DNA of 64,000 nt. Origin: the human T2T-CHM13v2.0 reference genome, Homo sapiens. The stretch covers positions 29,184,001 through 29,248,000 of the forward strand of contig CP086569.2 of the NCBI GenBank assembly GCA_009914755.4, in the 5' to 3' direction. Under the pieces are notes generated by a model, which was given only the letters and a program-made list of their open reading frames with translations, ran no database searches and was not told the DNA's origin. Both the position numbers and the translations under genes were made by a program. Shown piece after piece: positions 1-14,267 of the stretch; within the stretch, counting starts at the first letter, position 1, and each line of letters begins with the position of its first letter.

Positions 1-113
1 CCATTCCATTCCATTCCATTGCATTCCATTCCATTCCATTCCATTGCACTGCAATCCATTCCATTACATTCTACTCTATCTGAGTCGATTTTATTGCATT
101 AGATTCTATTCCA
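1..113 (+). repeat. Partial DYZ1-like HOR copy (3' end only), cut by the window edge
   Basis: Sequence before the first occurrence of the phase-marker motif at 114. Confidence 0.6.
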
Positions 114-3100
114 TTGGATTACTTTCCATTCGATTACATTCCATTCATGTACATTCCATTCCAGTCAATTACATTCCAGTTCATTACATTACATTCCAGT
201 ATATTCCATTCTATTCGATCCCATTCCTTTCAATTCCGTTTCATTCGACTCCATTATATTCGATTCCATTCCACTCGAATCCATTCCATTAGAGGACATT
301 CCATTCCAATGCATTCCATTCCATTCCATAGCATTCCATTGCGTTCGATTCCATTCCATTTGATGCCATTCCATTTGATGCCATTCCATGACATTCCATT
401 CCATTCGAGTCCATTCCGTTCCAATTCATTCCATTCCGTTTCATGAAATTCGAGTCCTTTCCAGTACATTTCATTCCAATCCCATCCAATCCAATCTACT
501 CCATTCAATTCCTTTCCATTCCACTTGATTAGATTCCATTGATTTGATTCCATTCAGTTTGATTCCATTCCGTGAAATTTCGTTCCATTCTATTCCATTG
601 CATTACTTTCCATTCAATTCCATTCCATTTCATTTCAGTCCATTCGCTTCCTTTCCTTTCGATTCAATTCCATTTGATTCCACTCCATTCTATGCGATTT
701 CATTCCAATCGATTCAATTCCATTCGATGACATTCCTTTCGTTTCCATTCCATTCGAGTCCATTCAATTTGAGCATTCGTGTCCATTCTATTCGAGTCCA
801 TTCCATTACCGTCTATTCTATTCCCTTCCATTCCTGTTGATTCAATTTCATTCCCTTCCATTCGATTCCTTTCCATTCGATTCCATTCCTTTCCATTCCA
901 TTCCATTCGTTCCCATTCCATGTTATTTCATTCCATTCCAGTCCATTATATTCGAGTCCACTCCACTCCATTCTATTACATTCAATTCCTTTTGAGTCCG
1001 TTCCATAACACTCCATTCATTTCGATTCCATTTCTTGCCAGTTTTCTTCCATTTTATTCCATTCCGTTCGATTCCATTCCATTCGATTGCATTCCATTCG
1101 AATCCTTTCCATTCCATTTCATTCCATTCCTTTCTATTCCATTCCATTTCATTCGATTTGATTCCATTCTGTTCTATTCCATTCAATTCTTTTTCATTCC
1201 ATTCGAATCCTTTCTATTGCAGTCCATTCCATTCGAGTCCATTCCAATCCCTTCCATTCCATTCCATTACAGTCCATTCCAATAGATTCCATTCCATTCT
1301 ATTCTATTCGGGTTAATTCCACTCCATTCCATTCCATTCTATTCCTTTCCAATCCATTCGATTCCATTCGATTCAATTCCATTTGATTCTCTTTCATTCT
1401 ATTTTATTCCATGCCATTTGATTGCATTGCATTCCATTCCGTTTGATTCCAGTCCATTCAAGAAAGTTCCATTCCAGTCCATTGCTTTCGAGTCCATTCC
1501 ATTCCACTCTAGTCTATTCCACTCCATTCCTTTCCATTCCATTCCATACTATTCCATTCCATTCCTTTGCATTCCGTTTCCAATCTATTCGAGTCCATTG
1601 CATTCCAGTCCAATCCATTCCATTACATTCCTTTTGATTCCCTGCCAGTCGATTGCATTGCATACTAGACCATTCCAAAGGAGTCCATTCCATTCTATCT
1701 CAACACTTTCCATTCCAGTCTGTTCGAGTCCATTCCATTCCAGTCCATTTAATTCAAGGGCATTCCATTCCATTCCATTCCATTTCATATTATTCCATTC
1801 CATTCAATTCCATTCCAGATGATTCCATTCCATTCTATACCATTGCTCTCTGTTCCATTCCATTCCATCTGTCTCCATTCCTTTCGTTTCGATTCCTTTC
1901 CATTCCATTCCATTACATTTGATCCTATTTTATTAAATTGCATTCTATTCGAGTGATTTCCATTCGAGTCCTTTCCATTCGATTCCATTCCATTCTATTC
2001 CATTCCTTTGGATTCCATTCCATTCCGTTTCGTTCACATCAATTCCTTGCGATTCCATTACATTCGAATTCTTGCCATTCGATTCCATTCCTTTTGACTC
2101 CATTTCATTCGATTCCATTCCATTCCATTAATTTCCATTCCATTCGAGACCTTTCCATTGCAGTCTTTTCCCTTCGAGTCCATTCCGTTCGATTCCCTTC
2201 CATTCGATTCCATTCCATTGGAGTCCGTACCAGTCGAGTCCATTCTATTCCAGTCCATTAGTTTCGACTCCATTGCATTCGAGTGCATTCCATTCCGTGG
2301 CTGTCCATTCCATTCCGTTTGATGCCATTCCATACGATTCCATTCAATTCGAGACCATTCTATTCCTGTCCATTCCTTGTGGTTCCATTCCATTTCACTC
2401 TAGTCCATTCCATTCCATTCAATTCCATTCGACTCTATTCCGTTCCATTCAATTCCATTCCATTCCATTCCATTTTTTTCGAGAACCTTCCATTACACTC
2501 CCTTCCATTCCAGTGCATTCCATTCCAGTCTCTTCAGTTCGATTCCATTCCATTCGTTTCGATTCCTTTCCGTTCCAGCCCATTCCATTCCATTCCATTC
2601 CTTTCCTTTCCGTTTCATTAGATTCCATTGCATTCGATTCCATTCAATTCAATTCCGTGCTATTCAATTTGTTTCATTTCCATTTAATTCCATTCCATTA
2701 GATTCCATTCCGTTCGATTCCATTCCTTTCGAATCCATTCCATTGGAGTCCATTCACTTCCAGAACATTCCATTCCAGTCGAATCCATTCGAGTACATTC
2801 CATTAAAGTTCATTACATTCTAATACATTCCATTCCATTGCATTCCATTCCATTCCATTCGATGCCATTCGATTCCATTCCATGCCAAATCATTGCATTC
2901 CTTTCCATTCCGTTCCTATCAATTCCATTCCATTCGATTTAGTTCGATTCTATTCACTTCCATTCCATTCGATTCCATTCCATTGGAGTCAATTCCTTTC
3001 GACACCCAGCCTTTCCAGTCAATGTTTTTGGATTCCATTTTTTTGCATTCCATTACATTCTATGACATTCGATTCCGTTTCATTGCATTCCATTCCATAC

Positions 3101-3632
3101 AATTTTATTCCATTCGAGACCGTAGCATTCCACTTTTTTCCAGGCCTGTCCATTACACTACATTCCCTTCCATTCCAATGAATTCCATTCCATTCCAATC
3201 CATTCCTTTCCTTTCGCTTGCATTCCATTCTATTCTCTTCTACTGCATACAATTTCACTCCATTCGTTCCCATTCCATTCAATTCCATTCCATTCAATTC
3301 CATTCCATTTGTTTCCATTCTCTTCGATTCCGTTTCTTTATATTCCATGCCATTCGATTCCATTCTATTGGATTGCATTACATTCGTGTTCATTCCATTC
3401 CAGACCATTCCATTTGACTCCATTCCTTTCGAGCCCTTTCAATTTGAGTCCATTCCTTTCCAGTCCATTTCACTCCAGTCCATTACTATCCATTCCATAC
3501 CATTCCATCCCATTCCATTCCATTCCATTCCATTTCATTGCATTCCATTCCATTCCATTCCATTGCACTGCACTCCATTCCATTACATTCTACTCTATCT
3601 GAGTCGATTTTATTGCATTAGATTCTATTCCA
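114..3632 (+). repeat. DYZ1-like HSat3 HOR copy A1 (3519 bp)
   Basis: Marker-to-marker interval 114 to 3633; near-identical to copies A2 and A3 (identical artefactual ORFs). Confidence 0.75.
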
Positions 3633-6600
3633 TTGGATTACTTTCCATTCGATTACATTCCATTCATGTACATTCCATTCCAGTCAATTACATTGCAGTT
3701 CATTACATTACATTCCAGCATATTCCATTCTATTCGATCCCATTCCTTTCAATTCCGTTTCATTCGACTCCATTATATTCGATTCCATTCCACTCGAATC
3801 CATTCCATTAGAGGACATTCCATTCCAATGCATTCCATTCCATTCCATAGCATTCCATTGCGTTCGATTCCATTCCATTTGATGCCATTCCATTTGATGC
3901 CATTCCATGACATTCCATTCCATTCGAGTCCATTCCGTTCCAATTCATTCCATTCCGTTTCATGAAATTCGAGTCCTTTCCAGTACATTTCATTCCAATC
4001 CCATCCAATCCAATCTACTCCATTCAATTCCTTTCCATTCCACTTGATTAGATTCCATTGATTTGATTCCATTCAGTTTGATTCCATTCCGTGAAATTTC
4101 GTTCCATTCTATTCCATTGCATTACTTTCCATTCAATTCCATTCCATTTCATTTCAGTCCATTCGCTTCCTTTCCTTTCGATTCAATTCCATTTGATTCC
4201 ACTCCATTCTATGCGATTTCATTCCAATCGATTCAATTCCATTCGATGACATTCCTTTCGTTTCCATTCCATTCGAGTCCATTCAATTTGAGCATTCGTG
4301 TCCATTCTATTCGAGTCCATTGCATTACCGTCTATTCTATTCCCTTCCATTCCTGTTGATTCAATTTCATTCCCTTCCATTCGATTCCTTTCCATTCGAT
4401 TCCATTCCTTTCCATTCCATTCCATTCGTTCCCATTCCATGTGATTTCATTCCATTCCAGTCGATTATATTCGAGTCCTCTCCACTCCATTCTATTACAT
4501 TCAATTCCTTTTGAGTCCGTTCCATAACACTCCATTCATTTCGATTCCATTTCTTGCCAGTTTTCTTCCATTTTATTCCATTGCGTTCGATTCCATTCCA
4601 TTCGATTGCATTCCATTCGAATCCTTTCCATTCCATTTCATTCCATTCCTTTCTATTCCATTCCATTTCATTCGATTTGATTCCATTCTGTTCTATTCCA
4701 TTCAATTCTTTTTCATTCCATTCGAATCCTTTCTATTGCAGTCCATTCCATTCGAGTCCATTCCAATCCCTTCCATTCCATTCCATTACAGTCCATTCCA
4801 ATAGATTCCATTCCTTTGCCTTCCATTCGAATCCATTCCATTCTAGTCCATTCCATTTGAGTCAATTCCATTCCAATCCATTCTATTCCTTTCCAATCCA
4901 TTCGATTCCATTTGATTCAATTCCATTTGATTCTCTTTCATTCTATTTTATTCCATGCCATTTGATTGCATTGCATTCCATTCCGTTTGATTCCAGTCCA
5001 TTCAAGAAAGTTCCATTCCAGTCCATTGCTTTCCAGTCCATTCCATTCCACTCTAGTCTATTCCACTCCATTCCTTTCCATTCCATTCCATATTATTCCA
5101 TTCCATTCCTTTGCATTCCGTTTCCAATCTATTCGAGTCCATTGCATTCCCGTCCAATCCATTCCATTACATTCCTTTTGATTCCCTGCCAGTCGATTGC
5201 ATTGCATACTAGACCATTCCAAAGGAGTCCATTCCATTCTATCTCAACACTTTCCATTCCACTCTGTTCGAGTCCATTCCATTCCAGTCCATTTAATTCA
5301 AGGGCATTCCATTCCATTCCATTCCATTTCATATTATTCCATTCCATTCAATTCCATTCCAGATGATTCCATTCCATTCTATACCATTGCTCTCTGTTCC
5401 ATTCCATTCCATCTGTCTCCATTCCTTTCGTTTCGATTCCTTTCCATTCCATTCCATTACATTTGATCCTATTTTATTAAATTGCATTCTATTCGAGTGA
5501 TTTCCATTCGAGTCCTTTCCATTCGATTCCATTCCATTCTATTCCATTCCTTTGGATTCCATTCCATTCCGTTCCGTTCACATCAATTCCTTGCGATTCC
5601 ATTACATTCGATTTCTTGCCATTCGATTCCATTCCTTTTGACTCCATTTCATTCGATTCCATTCCATTCCATTAATTTCCATTCCATTCGAGACCTTTCC
5701 ATTGCAGTCTTTTCCCTTCGAGTCCATTCCGTTCGATTCCCTTCCATTCGATTCCATTCCATTGGAGTCCGTACCAGTCGAGTCCATTCTATTCCAGTCC
5801 ATTAGTTTCGACTCCATTGCATTCGAGTGCATTCCATTCCGTGGCTGTCCATTCCATTCCGTTTGATGCCATTCCATACGATTCCATTCAATTCGAGAGC
5901 ATTCTATTCCTGTCCATTCCTTGTGGTTCGATTCCATTTCACTCTAGTCCATTCCATTCCATTGAATTCCATTCGACTCTATTCCGTTCCATTCAATTCC
6001 ATTCCATTCGATTCCATTTTTTTCGAGAACCTTCCATTACACTCCCTTCCATTCCAGTGCATTCCATTCCAGTCTCTTCAGTTCGATTCCATTCCATTCG
6101 TTTCGATTCCTTTCCGTTCCAGCCCATTCCATTCCATTCCATTCCTTTCCTTTCCGTTTCATTAGATTCCATTGCATTCGATTCCATTCAATTCAATTCC
6201 GTGCTATTCAATTTGATTCATTTCCATTTAATTCCATTCCATTAGATTCCATTCCGTTCGATTCCATTCCTTTCGAATCCATTCCATTGGAGTCCATTCA
6301 CTTCCAGAACATTCCATTCCAGTCGAATCCATTCGAGGACATTCCATTAAAGTTCATTACATTCTAATACATTCCATTCCATTGCATTCCATTCCATTCC
6401 ATTCGATGCCATTCGATTCCATTCCATGCCAAATCATTGCATTCCTTTCCATTCCGTTCCTATCAATTCCATTCCATTCGATTTAGTTCGATTCTATTCA
6501 CTTCCATTCCATTCGATTCCATTCCATTGGAGTCAATTCCTTTCGACACCCAGCCTTTCCAGTCAATGATTTTGGATTCCATTTTTTTGCATTCCATTAC

Positions 6601-7166
6601 ATTCTATGACATTCGATTCCGTTTCATTGCATTCCATTCCATACATTTTTATTCCATTCGAGACCGTAGCATTCCACTTTATTCCAGGCCTGTCCATTAC
6701 ACTACATTCCCTTCCATTCCAATGAATTCCATTCCATTCCAATCCATTCCTTTCCTTTCGCTTGCATTCCATTCTATTCTCTTCTACTGCATACAATTTC
6801 ACTCCATTCGTTCCCATTCCATTCAATTCCATTCCATTCAATTCCATTCCATTTGTTTCCATTCTCTTCGATTCCATTTCTTTATATTCCATGCCATTCG
6901 ATTCCATTCTATTGGATTGCATTACATTCGTGTTCATTCCATTCCAGACCATTCCATTTGACTCCATTCCTTTCGAGCCCTTTCAATTTGAGTCCATTCC
7001 TTTCCAGTCCATTTCACTCCAGTCCATTACTATCCATTCCATACCATTCCATCCCATTCCATTCCATTCCATTGCATTCCATTCCATTCCATTCCATTGC
7101 ACTGCAATCCATTCCATTACATTCTACTCTATCTGAGTCGATTTTATTGCATTAGATTCTATTCCA
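3633..7166 (+). repeat. DYZ1-like HSat3 HOR copy A2 (3534 bp)
   Basis: Marker interval 3633 to 7167; differs from A1 by pentamer-multiple indels, e.g. near 3490-3560. Confidence 0.75.
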
Positions 7167-10100
7167 TTGGATTACTTTCCATTCGATTACATTCCATTCA
7201 TGTACATTCCATTCCAGTCAATTACATTCCAGTTCATTACATTACATTCCAGTATATTCCATTCTATTCGATCCCATTCCTTTCAATTCCGTTTCATTCG
7301 ACTCCATTATATTCGATTCCATTCCACTCGAATCCATTCCATTAGAGGACATTCCATTCCAATGCATTCCATTCCATTCCATAGCATTCCATTGCGTTCG
7401 ATTCCATTCCATTTGATGCCATTCCATTTGATGCCATTCCATGACATTCCATTCCATTCGAGTCCATTCCGTTCCAATTCATTCCATTCCGTTTCATGAA
7501 ATTCGAGTCCTTTCCAGTACATTTCATTCCAATCCCATCCAATCCAATCTACTCCATTCAATTCCTTTCCATTCCACTTGATTAGATTCCATTGATTTGA
7601 TTCCATTCAGTTTGATTCCATTCCGTGAAATTTCGTTCCATTCTATTCCATTGCATTACTTTCCATTCAATTCCATTCCATTTCATTTCAGTCCATTCGC
7701 TTCCTTTCCTTTCGATTCAATTCCATTTGATTCCACTCCATTCTATGCGATTTCATTCCAATCGATTCAATTCCATTCGATGACATTCCTTTCGTTTCCA
7801 TTCCATTCGAGTCCATTCAATTTGAGCATTCGTGTCCATTCTATTCGAGTCCATTCCATTACCGTCTATTCTATTCCCTTCCATTCCTGTTGATTCAATT
7901 TCATTCCCTTCCATTCGATTCCTTTCCATTCGATTCCATTCCTTTCCATTCCATTCCATTCGTTCCCATTCCATGTGATTTCATTCCATTCCAGTCCATT
8001 ATATTCGAGTCCACTCCACTCCATTCTATTACATTCAATTCCTTTTGAGTCCGTTCCATAACACTCCATTCATTTCGATTCCATTTCTTGCCAGTTTTCT
8101 TCCATTTTATTCCATTCCGTTCGATTCCATTCCATTCGATTGCATTCCATTCGAATCCTTTCCATTCCATTTCATTCCATTCCTTTCTATTCCATTCCAT
8201 TTCATTCGATTTGATTCCATTCTGTTCTATTCCATTCAATTCTTTTTCATTCCATTCGAATCCTTTCTATTGCAGTCCATTCCATTCGAGTCCATTCCAA
8301 TCCCTTCCATTCCATTCCATTACAGTCCATTCCAATAGATTCCATTCCTTTGCCTTCCATTCGAATCCATTCCATTCTAGTCCATTCCATTTGAGTCAAT
8401 TCCATTCCATTCCATTCTATTCCTTTCCAATCCATTCCATTCCATTCGATTCAATTCCATTTGATTCTCTTTCATTCTATTTTATTCCATGCCATTTGAT
8501 TGCATTGCATTCCATTCCGTTTGATTCCAGTCCATTCAAGAAAGTTCCATTCCAGTCCATTGCTTTCGAGTCCATTCCATTCCACTCTAGTCTATTCCAC
8601 TCCATTCCTTTCCATTCCATTCCATACTATTCCATTCCATTCCTTTGCATTCCGTTTCCAATCTATTCGAGTCCATTGCATTCCAGTCCAATCCATTCGA
8701 TTACATTCCTTTTGATTCCCTGCCAGTCGATTGCATTGCATACTAGACCATTCCAAAGGAGTCCATTCCATTCTATCTCAACACTTTCCATTCCACTCTG
8801 TTCGAGTCCATTCCATTCCAGTCCATTTAATTCAAGGGCATTCCATTCCATTCCATTCCATTTCATATTATTCCATTCCATTCAATTCCATTCCAAATGA
8901 TTGCATTCCATTCTATACCATTGCTCTCTGTTCCATTCCATTCCATCTGTCTCCATTCCTTTCGTTTCGATTGCTTTCCATTCCATTCCATTACATTTGA
9001 TCCTATTTTATTAAATTGCATTCTATTCGAGTGATTTCCATTCGAGTACTTTCCATTCGATTCCATTCCATTCTATTCCATTCCTTTGGATTCCATTCCA
9101 TTCCGTTCCGTTCACATCAATTCCTTGCGATTCCATTACATTCGATTTCTTGCCATTCGATTCCATTCCTTTTGACTCCATTTCATTCGATTCCATTCCA
9201 TTCCATTAATTTCCATTCCATTCGAGACCTTTCCATTGCAGTCTTTTCCCTTCGAGTCCATTCCGTTCGATTCCCTTCCATTCGATTCCATTCCATTGGA
9301 GTCCGTACCAGTCGATTCCATTCTATTCCAGTCCATTAGTTTCGACTCCATTGCATTCGAGTGCATTCCATTCCGTGGCTGTCCATTCCATTCCGTTTGA
9401 TGCCATTCCATACGATTCCATTCAATTCGAGACCATTCTATTCCTGTCCATTCCTTGTGGTTCGATTCCATTTCACTCTAGTCCATTCCATTCCATTCAA
9501 TTCCATTCGACTCTATTCCGTTCCATTCAATTCCATTCCATTCGATTCCATTCCATTCGATTCCATTTTTTTCGAGAACCTTCCATTACACTCCCTTCCA
9601 TTCCAGTGCATTCCATTCCAGTCTCTTCAGTTCGATTCCATTCCATTCGTTTCGATTCCTTTCCATTCCAGCCCATTCCATTCCATTCCATTCCTTTCCT
9701 TTCCGTTTCATTAGATTCCATTGCATTCCATTCCATTCAATTCAATTCCGTGCTATTGAATTTGATTCATTTCCATTTAATTCCATTCCATTAGATTCCA
9801 TTCCGTTCGATTCCATTCCTTTCGAATCCATTCCATTGGAGTCCATTCACTTCCAGAACATTCCATTCCAGTCGAATCCATTCGAGTACATTCCATTAAA
9901 GTTCATTACATTCTAATACATTCCATTCCATTGCATTCCATTCCATTCCATTCGATGCCATTCGATTCCATTCCATGCCAAATCATTGCATTCCTTTCCA
10001 TTCCGTTCCTATCAATTCCATTCCATTCGATTTAGTTCGATTCTATTCACTTCCATTCCATTCGATTCCATTCCATTGGAGTCAATTCCTTTCGACACCC

Positions 10101-10720
10101 AGCCTTTCCAGTCAATGATTTTGGATTCCATTTTTTTGCATTCCATTACATTCTATGACATTCGATTCCGTTTCATTGCATTCCATTCCATACATTTTTA
10201 TTCCATTCGAGACCGTAGCATTCCACTTTATTCCAGGCCTGTCCATTACACTACATTCCCTTCCATTCCAATGAATTCCATTCCATTCCAATCCATTCCT
10301 TTCCTTTCGCTTGCATTCCATTCTATTCTCTTCTACTGCATACAATTTCACTCCATTCGTTCCCATTCCATTCAATTCCATTCCATTCAATTCCATTCCA
10401 TTTGTTTCCATTCTCTTCGATTCCATTTCTTTATATTCCATGCCATTCGATTCCATTCTATTGGATTGCATTACATTCGTGTTCATTCCATTCCAGACCA
10501 TTCCATTTGACTCCATTCCTTTCGAGCCCTTTCAATTTGAGTCCATTCCTTTCCAGTCCATTTCACTCCAGTCCATTACTATCCATTCCATACCATTCCA
10601 TGCCATTCCATTCCATTCCATTCCATTGCATTCCATTCCATTCCATTCCATTGCACTGCACTCCATTCCATTACATTCTATTCTATTTGAGTCGATTTTA
10701 TTGCATTAGATTCTATTCCA
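7167..10720 (+). repeat. DYZ1-like HSat3 HOR copy A3 (3554 bp)
   Basis: Marker interval 7167 to 10721; carries a 15-bp (3-pentamer) insertion near 9540-9555 relative to A1/A2. Confidence 0.75.
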
Positions 10721-13700
10721 TTGGATTACTTTCCATTCGATTACATTCCATTCATGTACATTCCATTCCAGTCAATTACATTCGAGTTCATTACGTTACA
10801 TTCCAGTATATTCCATTGTATTCGATCCCATTCCTTTCAATTCCATTTCATTCGACTCCATTATATTCGATTCCATTCCACTCGAATCCATTCCATTAGA
10901 GGACATTCCATTCCAATGCATTCCATTCCATTCCATAGCATTCCATTGCATTCGATTCCATTCCATTTGATGCCATTCCATTTGATGCCATTCCATGACA
11001 TTCCATTCCATTCGAGTCCATTCCGTTCCAATTCATTCCATTCCGTTTCATAAAATTCGAGTCCTTCCCAGTACATTTCATTCCAATCCCATCCAATCCC
11101 ATCTACTCCATTCAATTCCTTTCCATTCCATTTGATTAGATTCCATTGATTTGATTCCATTCACTTTGATTCCATTCCGTGAAATTTCGTTCCCTTCTAT
11201 TCCATTGCATTACTTTCCATTCAATTCCATTCCATTTCATTTCAGTCCATTCGCTTCCTTTCCTTTCGATTCAATTCCATTTGATTCCACTCCATTCTAT
11301 GCGATTTCATTCCAATCGATTCAATTCCATTCGATGACATTCCTTTCGTTTCCATTCCATTCGAGTCCATTCAATTTGAGCATTCGTGTCCATTCTATTC
11401 GAGTCCATTCCATTACCGTCTATTCTATTCCCTTCCATTCCTGTTGATTCAATTTCATTCCCTTCCATTCGATTCCTTTCCATTCGATTCCATTCCTTTC
11501 CATTCCATTCCATTCGTTCCCATTCCATGTGATTTCATTCCATTCCAGTCCATTATATTCGAGTCCACTCCACTCCATTCCATTACATTCAATTCCTTTT
11601 GAGTCCGTTCCATAACACTCCATTCATTTCGATTCCATTTCTTGCCAGTTTTCTTCCATTTTATTCCATTCCGTTCGATTCCATTCCATTCGATTGCATT
11701 CCATTCGAATCCTTTCCATTCCATTTCATTCCATTCCTTTCTATTCCATTCCATTTCATTCGATTTGATTCCATTCTGTTCTATTCCATTCAATTCTTTT
11801 TCATTCCATTCGAATCCTTTCTATTGCAGTCCATTCCATTCGAGTCCATTCCAATCCCTTCCATTCCATTCCATTACAGTCCATTCCAATAGATTCCATT
11901 CCTTTGCCTTCCATTCGAATCCATTCCATTCTAGTCCATTCCATTTGAGTCAATTCCATTCCATTCCATTCTATTCCTTTCCAATCCATTCGATTCCATT
12001 CGATTCAATTCCATTTGATTCTCTTCCATTCTATTTTATTCCATGCCATTTGATTGCATTGCATTCCATTCCGTTTGATTCCAGTCCATTCAAGAAAGTT
12101 CCATTCCAGTCCATTGCTTTCCAGTCCATTCCATTCCACTCTAGTCTATTCCACTCCATTCCTTTCCATTCCATTCCATACTATTCCATTCCATTCCTTT
12201 GCATTCCGTTTCCTATCTATTCGAGTTCATTGCATTCCAGTCCAATCCATTCGATTACATTCCTTTTGATTCCCTGCCAGTCGATTGCATTGCATACTAG
12301 ACCATTCCAAAGGAGTCCATTCCATTCTATTTCAAAACTTTCCATTCCACTCTGTTCGAGTCCATTCCATTCCAGTCCATTTAATTCAAGGGCATTCCAT
12401 TCCATTCCATTCCATTCCATTTCATATTATTCCATTTCATTCAATTCCATTCCAGATGATTCCATTCCATTCTATACCATTGCTCTCTGTTCCATTCCAT
12501 TCCATCTGTCTGCATTCCTTTCGTTTCGATTCCTTTCCATTCCATTCCATTACATTTGATCTTATTTTATTAAATTGCATTCTATTCGAGTGATTTCCAT
12601 TCGAGTCCTTTCCATTCGATTCCATTCCATTCTATTCCATTCCTTTGGATTCCATTCCATTCCGTTCCGTTCACATCAATTCCTTGCGATTCCATTCCAT
12701 TCGATTTCTTGCCATTCGATTCCATTCCTTTTGACTCCATTTCATTCGATTCCATTCCATTCCATTAATTTCCATTCCATTCGAGACCTTTCCATTGCAG
12801 TCTTTTCCCTTCGAGTCCATTCCGTTCGATTCCCTTCCATTCGATTCCATTCCATTGGAGTCCGTACCAGTCGAGTCCATTCTATTCCAGTCCATTAGTT
12901 TCGACTCCATTGCATTCGAGTGCATTCCATTCCGTGGCTGTCCATTCCATTCCGTTTGATGCCATTCCATACGATTCCATTCAATTCGAGACCATTCTAT
13001 TCCTGTCCATTCCTTGTGGTTCGATTCCATTTCACTCTAGTCCATTCCATTCCATTCAATTCCATTCGACTCTATTCCGTTCCATTCAATTCCATTCCAT
13101 TCGATTCCATTTTTGTCGAGAACCTTCCATTACACTCCCTTCCATTCCAGTGCATTCCATTCCAGTCTCTTCAGTTCGATTCCATTCCATTCGTTTCGAT
13201 TCCTTTCCATTCCAGCCCATTCCATTCCATTCCATTCCTTTCCTTTCCGTTTCATTAGATTCCATTGCATTCGATTCCATTCAATTCAATTCCGTGCTAT
13301 TCAATTTGTTTCATTTCCATTTGATTCCATTCCATTAGATTCCATTCCGTTCGATTCCATTCCTTTCGAATCCATTCCATTGGAGTCCATTCACTTCCAG
13401 AACATTCCATTCCAGTCGAATCCATTCGAGTACATTCCATTAAAGTTCATTACATTCTAATACATTCCATTCCATTGCATTCCATTCCATTCCATTCGAT
13501 GCCATTCGATTCCATTCCATGCCAAATCATTGCATTCCTTTCCATTCCATTCCTATCAATTCCATTCCATTCGATTTAGTTCGATTCTATTCACTTCCAT
13601 TCCATTCGATTCCATTCCATTGGAGTCAATTCCTTTCGACACCCAGCCTTTCCAGTCAATGATTTTGGATTCCATTTTTTTGCATTCCATTACATTCTAT

Positions 13701-14267
13701 GACATTCGATTCCGTTTCATTGCATTCCATTCCATACATTTTTATTCCATTCGAGACCGTAGCATTCCACTTTATTCCAGGCCTGTCCATTACACTACAT
13801 TCCCTTCCATTCCAATGAATTCCATTCCATTCCAATCCATTCCTTTCCTTTCGCTTGCATTCCATTCTATTCTCTTCTACTGCATACAATTTCACTCCAT
13901 TCGTTCCCATTTCATTCAATTCCATTCCATTCAATTCCATTCCATTTGTTTCCATTCTCTTCGATTCCATTTCTTATATTCCATGCCATTCGATTCCATT
14001 CTATTGGATTGCATTACATTCGTGTTCATTCCATTCCAGACCATTCCATTTAACTCCATTCCTTTCGAGCCCTTTCAATTTGAGTCCATTCCTTTCCAGT
14101 CCATTTCACTCCAGTCCATTACTATCCATTCCATACCATTCCATCCCATTGCATTCCATTCCATTCCATTGCATTGCATTCCATTCCATTCCATTCCATT
14201 GCACTGCACTCCATTCCATTACATTCTATTCTATTTGAGTCGATTTTATTGCATTAGATTCTATTCC
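10721..14267 (+). repeat. DYZ1-like HSat3 HOR copy A4 (3547 bp)
   Basis: Marker interval 10721 to 14268; at several diagnostic positions it shares variants with the inverted block at 55366..64000 rather than with A1-A3. Confidence 0.72.

Noticed and set aside
11642-12559. Long ORFs (up to 305 aa) throughout the HSat3 blocks on both strands, with repetitive HSIPF/NGMEW-type translations
   Set aside because: Artefact of a 5-bp repeat: three pentamers make a 15-nt, 5-codon period, and CATTC pentamers rarely yield stop codons in frame. Several reported starts are non-ATG (e.g. ttg at 114). The ORFs recur at HOR spacing on both strands, overlap each other in all frames and have extreme low-complexity composition.
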